From assembly GCA_951406725.2 (NCBI GenBank), contig OX597843.1, forward strand, positions 11,408,001 to 11,472,000: a stretch of DNA of 64,000 bases, written 5' to 3'. Within the stretch, counting starts at the first letter, position 1. Each line of letters begins with the position of its first letter. The position numbers and the translations under genes are program-made. The notes below the pieces were generated by a model. The model saw nothing but the letters and a program-made list of their open reading frames with translations. It was not told where the DNA came from and made no database searches. Shown here in pieces: positions 1 to 12,885 of the stretch. The stretch is from Octopus vulgaris (taxonomy: Eukaryota).

Positions 1-1382
1 TTCCTCAAACCTTAAGAATCTTTCATAGGAATTTTTTTTTCTTAAAATACAAGATGACAGTATTCTGAAGGTCAACTGTGCAGGTCTCAGTTCCAATATC
101 CTTCAGCCCCTTCGACAGCAATCAACTGCTCTTGGCAGTTCACGCACCTCTTTATTTATTGAAATTCGTTAGTCCACCTCCAGTCATGTGGGGGTGTACA
201 GGATTCTCCCATAACTATTATTCTTAGCAGCATTTCTTCCAACCCCATCACATTTTGCCAAGGCCAGCTTTGCCCTTCATCCTTGTCAGGGTCAATAAAC
301 TATATAAACTGTTGAGCACTGGGATTGATGTAACCAACTTAGCCGTGCCCCTAAAAGTGCTGGCCTTAAGCCAAATATTGCAACCATTAGTAGTCGTAAT
401 AGTAATGTATACCTATCACTACTTCCCCACTTGTTCCCATATCTTATCTATTTATGCTTACATATCTTAAGATGTACGTTTGTGTATATATCTTATCTTT
501 AGGTACATTTTTGTGTTTGCCCATAAAAACATGTACTTAGGTTTTTATCTCAGATTACAAGATAACTTCGTGTGAACATAGTTAATATGGAGGCACTAAC
601 AGTTGCCTGCAAAATTAATCATAATTTTTTTTTCTTCTCTCTCTCTGCATTTTCCATGCTGGCATGGGTTGGACCCCCTTGAAGCAGCACTCTGTGAACA
701 GATCCCTATCCTGTCACTGATCCTTATTGTCCTTCATGAAAGGCCTTTTTTTTGTACCCCCTTAACCCCTTGACATTCAGGTTTTTCTGTCAAACGAAAT
801 GCGTTTTTATTCATATTGTTTTGAATTAATCCTGCATTATCTTGTAGCTTGGGGATTTCAATGATGTGATAGTTTTTTTAGAATGACATTGTAGGGTATG
901 TTTGAGAGGCCAGCTCTGGCCAGTTTGAATGCTAAAGGACTAATCGGCTTATCTTCACATGTCTAATGTACCAAGCTACAGAGCATATGTTTATAAGTGA
1001 CATTAAAATAGTAATAAATATTTGCATGCATACCAGTAAGCTCAATGGGTTGGGGCATCACACTAATAACACAAATGTCATGGGTTCAAGCGACACACTA
1101 GGCAGTTATTACTTTTTTGGGTATAGCCATGGCTGTGTCAAAAAATTTGCTCTGCAAGGTTTCAAGGGTTTGGAGCTTGGGATCATTGTGTGGCATCTTG
1201 GACAAATGTCTTCTATAGCCCCCAGCCAAAAGTCCTGGGTTCAACTTGTTTATCTGAAATGCACAAAAGATATATATTGGCTAGGCTTCTGCACAGTTTC
1301 CATCTACCAATTCCATTGACAAGACATTGATCAACCCATGGACACTTGCTGAAGATGTAATGCAGTGGGTCCAAGCCCATAA

Positions 1383-1597
1383 CTATTGGATTGGTGCTTA
1401 ATTATTGCGGCTTTTTTTCAACAAATTTTATTCAACAAAAACATCATTAAATGATTATTCTGGAGCATATTCACCATCTACTTCAATTTCTGCTTCCCAT
1501 TTGCTTGGCAGACAGTCAGGCCATCATTTAAAGATGTTTTTGTTGAATAAAATTTGTTGAAAAAAAGCCACAATAATTATACACCAACCCAATAAAT
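1383..1597. repeat. Long inverted repeat / foldback element
   Basis: Arms about 1398-1455 and 1523-1580 are near-perfect reverse complements, with weaker pairing further out. Confidence 0.85.
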
Positions 1598-1764
1598 TGT
1601 TAGAAAATGAGTTTTTGTGGGTGGAGAAGGGTGGTTTTCGATGAGACTTTTTTTTTTTCTCTTAACATTTTTATTTTAAAAAGGTGTTTTTTCTTTATAT
1701 ATATTAAACATGGAATTATACATAGTTGTCATACAACCTTATCTATTTCTTTCCCTCTCAACAG

Positions 1765-1814
1765 ATCGAGCTTCCGAAATAGAAGCCTACAAAACATTTA
1801 GTTCACATATTAAG
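1765..1814 (+). CDS. ATXN2: Ataxin-2 family coding exon (phase 1 to 0), xRASEIEAYKTFSSHIK
   Basis: Acceptor ttctttccctctcaacag, donor aag|gtaagt. The only open frame joins in phase to 5167 and resembles the vertebrate ATXN2 segment HRKQIDDLKKFKNDFR|L (recalled, not aligned). Confidence 0.8.
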
Positions 1815-2129
1815 GTAAGTTGGTTTTGATTCTTCTTCTTCTGGTACCAACCTTTATCTGGCTCTGGGACCTTGTCTGGTTCTCTCTTGTGCAGTTGTCC
1901 ATTTCAAAGTGTTTCTATTTGAAGGAAGGGCATCCAGCTGTAGAAACCATGCCGCAACAGACAACCGGAGTCTGGGCAGCTGCTCAACTGGTCAGCCCCT
2001 GTCAAACCATCCAACCCATGCCAGCATGGAAAATGGTCATTAAATGATGAGCACCTGTCATTGTGAGTGGAGGGGATGTGTTTGTGTGTGTGTAGGGATG
2101 TGTGATTAAGATATTTGCTTTCCAATGGC

Positions 2130-2301
2130 ATACGAGTGGCTGTGTGGTAAGTATCTTGCTTACCAACCACATGGTTCCGGGTTCAGTCCCACTGTGTGGC
2201 ATCTTGGGCAAGTGTCTTCTACTAAAGCCTCAGGCCGACCAAAGCCTTGTGAGTGGATTTGGTAGACGGAAACTGAAAGAAGCCCGTCGTATATATGTGT
2301 G

Positions 2302-2334
<33 letters not shown>

Positions 2335-2535
2335 CTGTGTTTGTCCCCCCAACATCACTTGACAACCGATGCTAGTGTGTTTACATCCCGTAACCTAGCG
2401 GTTCGGCAAAAGAGACCAATAGAATAAGTACTAGGCTTACAAAGAATAAGTCCTGAGGTCGAATTGCTCGACTAAAGCTGGTACTCCAGCATGGCCACAG
2501 TCAAATGACTGAAACAAGTAAAAGAGTAAGAGTAT
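2130..2535 (+). mobile_element. tRNA-derived SINE, family B (internal TA/TG microsatellite, gtaaaaga tail)
   Basis: A box tggctgtgtgg, B-box-like ggttcagtccc. Many near-identical copies in the window. Confidence 0.85.
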
Positions 2536-2822
2536 AGTTTCATATTGATGTGTGTATAGACCTGTATGTGTGTGTCATCATCATTCTTAATGTCTATTTT
2601 TCTGGGCTTGCATGGGTTGGACAGTGTTTGCTGGGGCAGATTTTCTACTGCTGGACACCCACTTCTGTCACTAACTCTCACCTGTATCTCTAAGTAAGGT
2701 ATTTCCCCATGACCAGATATATTTACATGCAAGACTGGAAGCAAGTGACCCTCTTTTGTGTGGTGGTGGTAACACTTGCTCACAGGCAAGGAGACAATAA
2801 TACACACACCAGTTGTCATGTA

Positions 2823-3040
2823 AGGCGGCGAGTTGGCAGAAATGTTAGCACGCCGGGCGAAATGTGTAGCCGTATTTCGTCTGCCGTTACGTTCTGAGTT
2901 CAAATTCCACCGAGGTTGACTTTGCCTTTCATCCTTTCGGGGTCGATAAATTAAGTACCAGTTACGCACTGGGGTCGATATAATCAACTTAATCCATTTG
3001 TCTGTCCTTGTTTAGCCCCTTATGGGCAGTAAATAAGTAG
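2823..3040 (+). mobile_element. tRNA-derived SINE, family A (ggcggcgagctggcagaa...gagttcaaattcc)
   Basis: Pol III box-like motifs. Further copies at about 6664, 21796, 29005, 35903, 37883, 48366, 53281, 55092 and 61706. Confidence 0.85.
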
Positions 3041-4459
3041 GTGGGACACAAACACACACAGATGTATATACATATATATGATGGGCTTCTTTCAGTTTCC
3101 ATCTATCAAATCCAATCAAAGCTTTGGTCAGCCTGAGGTAATATTATAAGACACTTGCCGAAGGTGCCACTGTGGGACTGAACCTGGAACCATGTGGTTG
3201 GGAAGCAAACTTCTTACCACAAAGGCTGCTTTCAGTTTCCATCTCAAATCCACTAGCATAACTTTGGTCAGTCTAGGGCCATAGTAGAAAACACTTGGAC
3301 AAGGTGTCACACAGTGGGGCTGAGCCCAGAACCATGTGGTCATGGAGCAGACTTCTTACCACACAGCCATACTTGTACCTATATATATTTATTTACACTC
3401 ATGGGGCATGGCTGTGTGGTTAGGGAGCTTGCTTTCTAGCTACATGGTTTCGGGTTCAGTCCCACTGCGTGGCACTTCGGGTAGGTGTCTTCCACTATAG
3501 CCCCGAGCTGACCGGAGCTTTGTGATTGAATTCGGTAGGTGGAAGTTACTGCCGTGTGTGTACATGTACGTGTAGGTGCTTGTGCCTCTCCGAAAGAGAG
3601 AGAGGGGACCTGTGAATATTTCATAGAATTACCGGTAAACCTATTCGGTGATTTCTGAAAACTTTATCCAAAGGACCTGAAAGCATATTTTGTGTTGTGT
3701 CTATATCAAGAGCTAGTTGTTCATCTGCTACTCATTGAAAAGTCTAAGAATTTGGAATACGATGATTACTTAATGCACTTTGTATATACACTTTACATAC
3801 TCTATGTACAGTTTTATAGACTTAACACGCAGGGCTCATAAAATAAATATTCACACTAATTTTTCCATTTCCCCCATAAACAAAAAACAAAATATCCTGT
3901 ACATATGATACAACCTTTGAATGGCATTTATATACCACCTACATAAATAAGCATGAATATTTCACGGAATTGCACTTATGTGCATGCAGTAAGTGATAGG
4001 TGATATAAAAGCTTAGTTTGATTTTTTTTTTTAAATACACTTTTATACAATCACCATCTCTACCATCATCATTATCTTTCTCTCTAACGTCACCATCAGA
4101 ACATCACCCCTCTGCTAAAGTTATATTTTCAACTTTCCTCTACCTTCAACTAACATTTTTAACCACATAATAAGTGTTACATTCCCCCTACCTCACATCA
4201 TGGACACTTTTCTTTCCCTCTTGTTCTTTCTCCCTCTTTCTGTTTCACTCTTTGCCTTATCCTCTTTTTGTCTTCTTTCTCCTCTCTTTCCCTTCAACTA
4301 ATCACATGACTACATTACAATTACATTCCATCTACCTCATGTCTTCAACGCGTCTCTCTCCCTCTTTTTCTCCCTCCCTCTCTTTTTCTAATCATGTTAA
4401 AGTGTTACGAATGTGCTAAGTTAATGCAATGACAAGCAGAATTATTATAAGAATATCTC

Positions 4460-4723
4460 TTATACATATGTGTGTATGCACCTGAATGTATAGATCTATA
4501 TGTATGAGTATATGTATGTTTATATTACATATGTGTATATACATATATGTATATGTGTGTATATATGTATATATATATATATGTGTGTATATATGTATAT
4601 GTGTGTATATATATATATATGTGTGTGTGTATATATGTATATGTGTGTGTATATATGTATATGTGTGTGTATATATGTATATATATATGTGTGTGTGTGT
4701 GTATATATATATATATGTGTGTG

Positions 4724-4754
<31 letters not shown>

Positions 4755-4873
4755 ATATATGTATATATATATATGTGTGTGTGTATATATGTATATATAT
4801 ATATATGTGTGTGTGTATATATATATATGTGTGTGTGTGTATATGTATATATATGTGTGTGTGTATATATATA

Positions 4874-4906
<33 letters not shown>

Positions 4907-5090
4907 GTGTGTGTATATGTATATATATGTGTGTGTGTGTATATGTATATATATGTGTGTATATGTATATATATGTATGTGTGTCTATATGTATATATAT
5001 ATATGTGTGTGTGTATATATGTATGTGTGTATATATGTATGTGCGTGTATATGTATGTATATATATATATACACACACACCCACCTCTGT
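4460..5090. repeat. Compound (TA)n/(TG)n microsatellite
   Basis: Direct inspection. Confidence 0.97.
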
Positions 5091-5166
5091 GTATGCATAG
5101 AATATTTATATGAATGTATGTTACGTACATGTGTATGTATAACGTTTTTATGTATGCACATTTCAG

Positions 5167-5285
5167 TTAACTGGAAGTTATAAAGACAAAGAAAAGGGAG
5201 AGAAAAGTGAACGTCAGGAGAAATCAGAGGAGAGGAAAGATGTGGAGAAGAGCAAAGAATTTGAGAAAACTGATAAACTATCACA
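5167..5285 (+). CDS. ATXN2: Ataxin-2 coding exon (phase 0 to 2), LTGSYKDKEKGEKSERQEKSEERKDVEKSKEFEKTDKLS(Q)
   Basis: catttcag acceptor, ca|gtgagt donor, purine-rich open frame of 119 nt. It bridges the phases of exons 1765-1814 and 6471-6534 exactly. Confidence 0.85.
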
Positions 5286-5789
5286 GTGAGTACTGCTCCA
5301 TGGTGATCATCATCATGATTGAATATATTCCACTTGCGACCATCCTGACTTTCATTCAGACACAGTGTATTGAGGACTGCATTGTCTAATGCAAAGGTTC
5401 TCAACAGGGGCCATGTGGGGCTTGAGTGAGCGGGGGAGGGGGAATTTTGGAGCAAAGGGGCCCTCTAGTACGAAAGAGCACTCTTTCGATAGACAACACG
5501 TTGATCTCATAAGCATGGAAAGCAGATGTTAAATGATGATGATATTTTTATGAGTAAATATTATTAGTTTTATAAACGATTAAAATATTTTGTGCATTGG
5601 CTCATAATTTAAACAGCATGGACCCCTCAAGCAGTGGACACTGGTTTAGAACCACTTCCCTAGGAAAAAAAAAATCATGGGCACAGCCATCTCTCCTTAC
5701 TTGGTTAAATGCAGGATGGCTTATAGAAAAATCGAAAAATAACTTAGGAAAACAAGATGAGGACAAATATCCGTAAATAATGTACATTA

Positions 5790-5914
5790 TTTTAAAAAGG
5801 TGTTTTTTTTTTAATATATATTAAACATGGAATTATACATAGTTGTCATACAACCTTATCTAAAACAGATCGAGCCATCTCTACAAAACATTACTAGTTC
5901 ACATAAAGGTACAG
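5790..5914 (+). pseudogene. Degenerate duplicate of exon 1765-1814 with its upstream intron
   Basis: 5790-5914 matches about 1673-1818 (aaacatggaattatacatagttgtcatacaaccttatcta...acagatcgagc...ctacaaaacatt..agttcacat) with the pyrimidine tract deleted and indels. Confidence 0.85.
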
Positions 5915-6190
5915 CTGCCAGTACACTGCAAAGTGGGTGGCATTAGGAAGGGCATGAAGCATTAAAAACCATGCCGAGGTGGACAGTGGGTTTTGGTGCA
6001 GTCCTCTGGCATCTGTGAAACTGTCCCAATACCTGCCAGCATGGAGAGTGAATGTTAACCCAATAACGTTCAAGCTGGCCAGATCTGGACTCTTGCACCT
6101 GTCGTACAATACCTTTCTAAAACTAAGCAATCGCATCATGAGAATATCTTAGCTACAAGATAATTCAAAACAATGTGGATACTAATGGTT

Positions 6191-6419
6191 TAACCCTTTG
6201 GTGTTTAAGCCGGCCATATCCGGCCCAAATATCCTACATGTTTTTACATTCAAACTGGCCATATTTAGCCTCTCACACCTAACCTACATTGACATTCTAA
6301 GAATAAACTATCACACCATTGAAACTTCAAAGCTATAAGATAATGTATGATTAATTCAAAACGATTTGAGTGAAAAAAGTCTTACATTTAACAGAGTAAT
6401 CTGAACACTAAAGGGTTAA
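6191..6419. mobile_element. TTAA-flanked (piggyBac-like) MITE
   Basis: ttaa-cccttt...aaaggg-ttaa termini. Relatives at about 762, 7900, 28780, 39114, 43027 and 61457. Confidence 0.8.
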
Positions 6420-6470
6420 ATGATGATGATGATGGTAATTCACTTAAGGTTTTTTTTATTTTTCTTTCAG

Positions 6471-6534
6471 GAAAGTCAAAAATTCTACCTTAAACCCGAA
6501 TGCAAAGGAATTTAATCCCAAGACCTACCCACAG
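6471..6534 (+). CDS. ATXN2: Ataxin-2 PAM2-motif exon, (Q)KVKNSTLNPNAKEFNPKTYPQ
   Basis: Poly-T/tttcag acceptor, cag|gtgtgt donor. STLNPNAKEFNP is the canonical Ataxin-2 PABP-interacting motif 2. Confidence 0.95.
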
Positions 6535-7202
6535 GTGTGTTTTAATTTTAATTTATTTTTTCACTTCTTGTTGTTAATTCATTCTCTACAACTCCTTTGT
6601 ACCTGCTAAAAAGACGCTGGCAAACTAGACATAGACAGCATATCAGGTATTATGATATTTCGAAGGCGGCGAGCTGGCAGAAACGTTAGCGCGCCAGGCG
6701 AAATGCTTAGCGGTATTTCGTCTACTGTTACGTTCTGAGTTCAAATTCCGCCGAGGTCGACTTTGCCTTTCATCCTTTCGGTGTTGATAAATTAAGTACA
6801 GTTACGCACTGGGGTCAATATGATCGACTTAGTCCGTTTGTCTGTCCTTGTTCATCCATTCTGTGTTTAGCCCCTTGACATGTTCTATGATCTTTGTGAA
6901 CAAAAGGTTTGTCCAAATGGTGTCATTTGTTCCCAGTCCTTCACGTAACCATATCCAAGCTCTCTATTGTTTTATAGACTAGAAGCAGGTGGGGACTAGT
7001 GAAAGGGAGGGTAGGAATGGCAATGGTTGACTGAGGGGACAGTAGAAGGCTGGACAGTATGGCAAATTTCCCAGGGTTGGAACATAACGCCCTCGATGGT
7101 CGAGGGATTACTGTACTCCTGAATTGTTCTTTCTCTTGCACTGCTACCTTTCAGAATTAAAAAGGCAGTGCCAGACAAATACTAGATCAATGTAATTGAC
7201 CC

Positions 7203-7512
<310 letters not shown>

Positions 7513-7599
7513 CCCCTCCACAAAATTGCTGGCCTTGTGCCAAAATTAGAATTATTATTGGTTTGTTTATTTGTTTGCTTTTTTTTTTTTTCGTTTCAG

Positions 7600-7792
7600 A
7601 AACACTGTGTGCAGACCCCAACGCCACCACGGCCTCAAACTCAAAGTCCTGTGCCATTACCTTCGATGCCATCAGCTATGCAAGGGCAACAACTCTACAC
7701 CCAGTACATTGTACCCAGTGTTATGTCCATGCCTACTGCCACCCCACAGCAGGCCACCAACCAGAATAACAGGTTCAACGCAGCAAAACGTG
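7600..7792 (+). CDS. ATXN2: Ataxin-2 coding exon (phase 0 to 1), KHCVQTPTPPRPQTQSP...NRFNAAKR
   Basis: Poly-T/tttcag acceptor, g|gtaatt donor. TPTPPRPQ resembles ATXN2 TPTSPRPQ directly after PAM2. Confidence 0.92.
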
Positions 7793-8084
7793 GTAATTCC
7801 TTCCTTGAATTTTGATTATAAAATGTGCAACCCGGTCCATCGACGGTCTGTGTGTAAATGTCATTTCTGCTTCTTGCACAGCATCATTTCTGGCAAAAGA
7901 ATAACCCTTTAGTGTTTAAACCGGCCATATCAGGCCAAAATTGCCTTCCTGTTTTATGCTCAAACCAGCCAGCTCTGACCTCTCACACCTACCCTACAAA
8001 GTCATTCTAAAATTAAACAGGGACCTCATCAAAATCTCAGAGTTACAAGATGCTGTACAATTAATTTAAAACAATGTAACAAAC

Positions 8085-8492
8085 ACCATCCGATCGTGGC
8101 CGTTCGCCAGCCTCGTCTGGCACCTGTGTCGGTGGCACATAAAAAACACCATCCGAGCGTGGCCGTCTGCCAGCCTCGTCTGGCACCTGTGTCGGTGGCA
8201 CATAAAAAACACCATCCGAGCGTGGCCGTTCGCCAGCCTCGTCTGGCACCTGTGTCGGTGGCACATAAAAAACACCATCCGAGCGTGGCCGTTCGCCAGC
8301 CTCGTCTGGCACCTGTGTCGGTGGCACATAAAATCACCCACTACACTCTCGGAGTGGTTGGCGTTAGGAAGGGCATCCAGATGTAGAAACACTGCCAGAT
8401 CTGACTGGCCTGGTGCAGCCTTCGGGCTCCCCAGACCCCAGTTGAACCGTCCAACCCATGCTAGCATGGAAAGCGGACGTTAAATGATGATG
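8085..8492 (+). mobile_element. RTE-type retroposon 3' tail with 62-bp internal tandem units and (TGA)n end
   Basis: Same tail as follows the RTE ORF remnant at 16628. Other copies at about 14195-14632, 36426-36760 (-), 41652-41989, 46565-46924, 56038-56402 (-) and 61917-62177 (-). Confidence 0.75.
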
Positions 8493-8670
8493 AATGTAAT
8501 TAAACAGGCTTTACATTTGACAGAGTAATCTGAATGCTAAAGGGATAAACACAGAAGTTTACATTCTCAGACGAAAGGTTTCATGGCCCTCTGCCCTCAA
8601 TGTAGTGGAATCAGAGAGAGAGAGAGAGAAAACAGAAACCTCTTGCTATTTAACCATTGATCATTTAAAC

Positions 8671-9403
8671 CAGTGGTCCTCAACCAGGGTCCATATAAAA
8701 TTTTTTGGGGTCCACACAAAATAATAAATTGGGGATCCACAATAGTATTTTAAGGGCTCCTGAAAATATTTTGCTTTAGATGTATGTGTTGGTATGTATT
8801 GCAAGAAACAGCTGGGTTTCTTTCTCTAACATTTTCCATAGTTCAACCTACACAAGTTAATGTGTGAGAAACAAAATAGGAATTTTGAAAGAAGTTTCTA
8901 TGAAACTAGTTTTTAAACATTGAATGGCTATGGGGGTCCACCAGAATGAAATAGTAACTAAAGGGGTCCATAGATAAGAAATGGTTGAGAACCCCTGCTT
9001 TAGATGTATGTTTTGGTTATGTATTGCAAGAAACAACTGGGTTTCTTTCTCCAACATTTTACATTGTTCAACCTACACAAGTTAATGTGTGGAAAACAAA
9101 ATATGAATTTTGAAAGAAGTTCCTATAAAACTAGTTTTTAAACATCGAATGGGGGTCCACCGGAATAAAATAGTAATCAAAGGGGGTCCATAGATAAAAA
9201 GAAAATGGTTGAGAACCCCTGTTTTAGATGTATGTATTGCAAGAGACAGCCAGGTTCCTTTCTCCAACATTTTACATGGTTCAACCTACACAAGTTAATG
9301 TGTGAAAAACAAAATAGGAATTTTGAAAGAAGTTTCTTCAAAACTAGTTTTTAAACATCAAATGGGGGTCCACCAGAATGAGATAATAAATCAGAGAGCC
9401 CCT
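8671..9403. mobile_element. hAT-like MITE with tandemly reiterated right half
   Basis: cagtggtcctcaacc...ggttgagaacccctg TIRs, with right-end copies at about 8997 and 9221. Confidence 0.7.
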
Positions 9404-9420
9404 GATTTAAAGCAACCATA

Positions 9421-9593
9421 GGCGCAGGAGTGGCTGTGTGGTAAGTAGCTTGCTAACCAACCACATGGTACCGGGTTCAGTCCCACTGCGTGGCATCTTG
9501 GGAAAGTGTCTTCTGCTATAGCCCCGGGCCAACCAATGCCTTGTGAGTGGATTTGGTAGACGGAAACTGAAAGAAGCCTGTCGTATGTATGTG

Positions 9594-9626
<33 letters not shown>

Positions 9627-9833
9627 CTGTGTTTGTCCCCCTAGCATCGCTTGACAACCGATGCTGGTGTGTTTACGTCCCCGTCACTTAGCGGTTCGGC
9701 AAAAAAGAGACCGATAGAATAAGTACTGGGCTTACAAAGAATAAGTCCCGGGGTTGAGTTGCTCGACTAAAGGCGGTGCTCCAGCATGGCCGCAGTCAAA
9801 TGACTGAAACAAGTAAAAAGAGAAAGAGAAAGA
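9421..9833 (+). mobile_element. Full-length SINE family B
   Basis: ggcgcaggagtggctgtgtgg head to gtaaaaaga tail. Other plus-strand copies at about 18199, 42505, 47259, 60570 and 62556. Confidence 0.9.
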
Positions 9834-10221
9834 GTCCCCCAATGTTGTTCCTGTTTTATGTTCAGTCTGACGATAAAACACTTATGGCATTTTAAAATTA
9901 AACAGTCGCAGCATTGCCATTTCCTGGTTTTGAGATAATGTGAGATACAGTCATTTCTGCCTAAACAGAATTGTAAATACTGTGAAATTTTCAACAGTCC
10001 GTGTTTCTCTTTGCGAGAGTTCAACGTTCTGTTTATGATTCTCTGCTTCTTCCCACCTCACCTCATTCTCGGATTATGAAGAGAAACCTTTCCCTTTCAT
10101 CACCATCATCATTCAATGTCTGCCTTCCATACTGGTATGGGTTGGACAGTTTGACAGAAGCCAGCCAGGTAGAAGTCTACACCATGCTACTGTGTCTGTT
10201 TTGGCATGATTTTTACAGCTG

Positions 10222-11110
10222 GACCACCCTGTAGAGTGGACTCAGTGCTTTTTACATGGCACCAGAACAGGCGAGGTCAGTTTTAGCATGGTTTTTACAG
10301 CTGGATGCCCCTCTTAACACCGACCACCCTGTAGAGTGGACTCGGTGCTTTTACATGGCACCAGAACAGGCGAGGTCAGTTTTAGCATGGTTTTTACAGC
10401 TGGATGCCCCTCTTAACACCGACCACCCTGTAGAGTGGACTCAGTGCTTTTTACATGGCACCAGAACAGGCGAGGTCAGTTTTAGCATGGTTTTTACAGC
10501 TGGATGCCCCTCTTAACACCGACCACCCTGTAGAGTGGACTCAGTGCTTTTTACATGGCACCAGAACAGGCGAGGTCAGTTTTAGCATGGTTTTTACAGC
10601 TGGATGCCCCTCTTAACACCGACCACCCTGTAGAGTGGACTCGGTGCTTTTTACATGGCACCAGAACAGGCGAGGTCAGTTTTAGCATGGTTTTTACAGC
10701 TGGATGCCCCTCTTAACACCGACCACCCTGTAGAGTGGACTCAGTGCTTTTTACATGGCACCAGAACAGGCGAGGTCAGTTTTAGCATGGTTTTTACAGC
10801 TGGATGCCCCTCTTAACACCGACCACCCTGTAGAGTGGACTCGGTGCTTTTTACATGGCACCAGAATAGGCGAGGTCAGTTTTAACATGGTTTTTACAGC
10901 TGGATGCCCCTCTTAACACCGACCACCCTGTAGAGTGGACTCAGTGCTTTTTACATGGCACCAGAACAGGCGAGGTCAGTTTTAACATGGTTTTTACAGC
11001 TGGATGCCCCTCTTAACACCGACCACCCTGTAGAGTGGACTCAGTGCTTTTTACATGGCACCAGAACAGGCGAGGTCAGTTTTAACATGGTTTTTACAGC
11101 TGGATGCCCT
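10222..11110. repeat. Tandem array, about 100-bp unit, about 9 copies, derived from an RTE-type tail
   Basis: gaccaccctgtagagtggactc recurs at about 100-bp spacing. Confidence 0.95.
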
Positions 11111-11442
11111 TCCAAATGCCAACCACTTCATAGTGTGAACTGGATGCTTTTTTTTATGTGGCACTGACATGGTCACCAAGTGACTTAAAAGACAAGGAAT
11201 TTTGAGAGGGGAGGGGCCATTGGTGCGGGTCATCTTGAGTCATGATGAAAGATTATAGTGATTCAGCGGGACAGAACCAGGCGTCTTGCTATAGAGGTGG
11301 GGATCTTGTGTCAGATAATGATAGATTATAGTATGACTGAGAGGCAGAAGCGGGTGAATGAGTTGTGTTTGTATTTCTGTTGTCTCTTTTTTTTGGTTGT
11401 AGTCAAGATATTTACTCCGTCTTTTTCTTTTTTTTTTTTCAG

Positions 11443-11591
11443 CGATCGTGCCTGTTCCTCGGCATGACTATACTGCTCAGGCTGCCGCCGCCGCCGCCAC
11501 GGGGCCCCCACTTCTGGCTCAAACCAACATCCCCGCACCGTATTTCCCCTACTACCAAATCCCGCAGCCCACGCACACGCCGTACACTCAG
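11443..11591 (+). CDS. ATXN2: Ataxin-2 coding exon (phase 1 to 0), (A)IVPVPRHDYTAQAAAAAATGPPLLAQT...PYTQ
   Basis: Poly-T/cag acceptor, cag|gtaggt donor, GC-rich. AAATGPPLLA resembles the ATXN2/ATXN2L AAGPPIAAT motif. Confidence 0.92.
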
Positions 11592-12057
11592 GTAGGTATA
11601 CATTTATACGCGTATTTTCTTTTGTTTATGTATGCACGTACTTAATACTTAGGTTTTGGGTGATAAGGCCGAACACAAAAAAGGTTAAATTTCAGATGAG
11701 GAGGAAAGGACCAGAATATAAAATGCCATAATGTTGAGAGATAAAAACTCTCCAGTTTTAGGGGGGAAATAATTAAAAAAACCGACTTTAAAATGTAGTT
11801 ATTTATAGTTTCAGAAAGTTCATTTGTGAAATATTTTACTTTTTTCTTTGTCATTTAACTGCAGCCATGCTGGGGCACCACCTTGAAGGGTTTTAGTCAA
11901 ACAAATCCACCCCAGGGCTTTTTTTTTTTTCTTTTTCTTATATGCCTGGTACTTATTCTATCAGTCTCTTTTGCTGGACCATTAAGTTATAGGGACGTAA
12001 ACACACCAACACCAGTTGTCACGTGATGATGGGGGACAAACAAACATAAAGACAAAT

Positions 12058-12453
12058 ATATATATATATAAATAAAGCTGAAGTTGTCTGTGTGTGGCAG
12101 GTTTGGTAGCCTTCAACTAACACTATCTCCTCCAAGACTTTGCGGCGCAAGTTGACCAAAATTGAGAGTATGATAGAAGAAGGCTTGCTCTTTATTCTGT
12201 AGAAGAAAAAATTCAAATCGGACCATGTTAACACCAAAAATTATTTACACCAAAAAGGTGCTTTTTTTCTATGAAAATCCCTATTTTTTATGATTTTTTT
12301 TACTGCTGTGTCGCCATTTTTCGGTGTATTTCGACCAGAAAAATGTTCACTTAAAGAGAATAACAAGCTACATAATGCAAAATTTTTACTTTTCAAAAAT
12401 TCCAATTCTAAAGGGACGAAACAAACCCGAGCAACGCCGGGTGATACTGCTAG
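12058..12453 (+). mobile_element. Non-autonomous Helitron-like element
   Basis: 3' hairpin cccgagcaacgccggg followed by ctag|t, (TA)n-aaa 5' region. Confidence 0.7.
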
Positions 12454-12885
12454 TATATATATCTCAGCCACATGCTGTGAGTAATTACTCAAAGTAGGCA
12501 GTCGGTGACATTTATGTAGTAAAACACACACAAAAATAAGCAAAACAGAGGTGTACGACTGAGTTGTAGGCAGATTTACTTCTGCCTTTATAACATGTAA
12601 AGAAAACATTGTTGCAGGAGTGTACACAGCATGTGTACTACAGCAGTTCTATGCGTAGTTTTAATACTGAGATTGAAAGGCAGGGGCGAATTATGCTAAC
12701 CTAATCTACAATACAATAAAATATTTTGCATTTTATGCATAATAATCGAAGTAACCTTCATAATTTTATTGAATTAGGTGCATATTTTGCCATAAAAGGA
12801 AAATGTTTCTATCGATCTATTTCATTCAAGGTAGACACTGCCTACCTTGCCTACCCAGGCGGCACGCCACTGACATATATATATC

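Noticed and set aside
1765-1814. First read as a poison exon because two frames contain stops
   Set aside because: The third frame is open and joins in phase through exon 5167-5285 to the PAM2 exon, so it is an ordinary coding exon.
4416-5183. Long ORFs rich in Y/I/H/T/V/C/M (also 19206-19892)
   Set aside because: Translation of TA/TG microsatellites, open in most frames.
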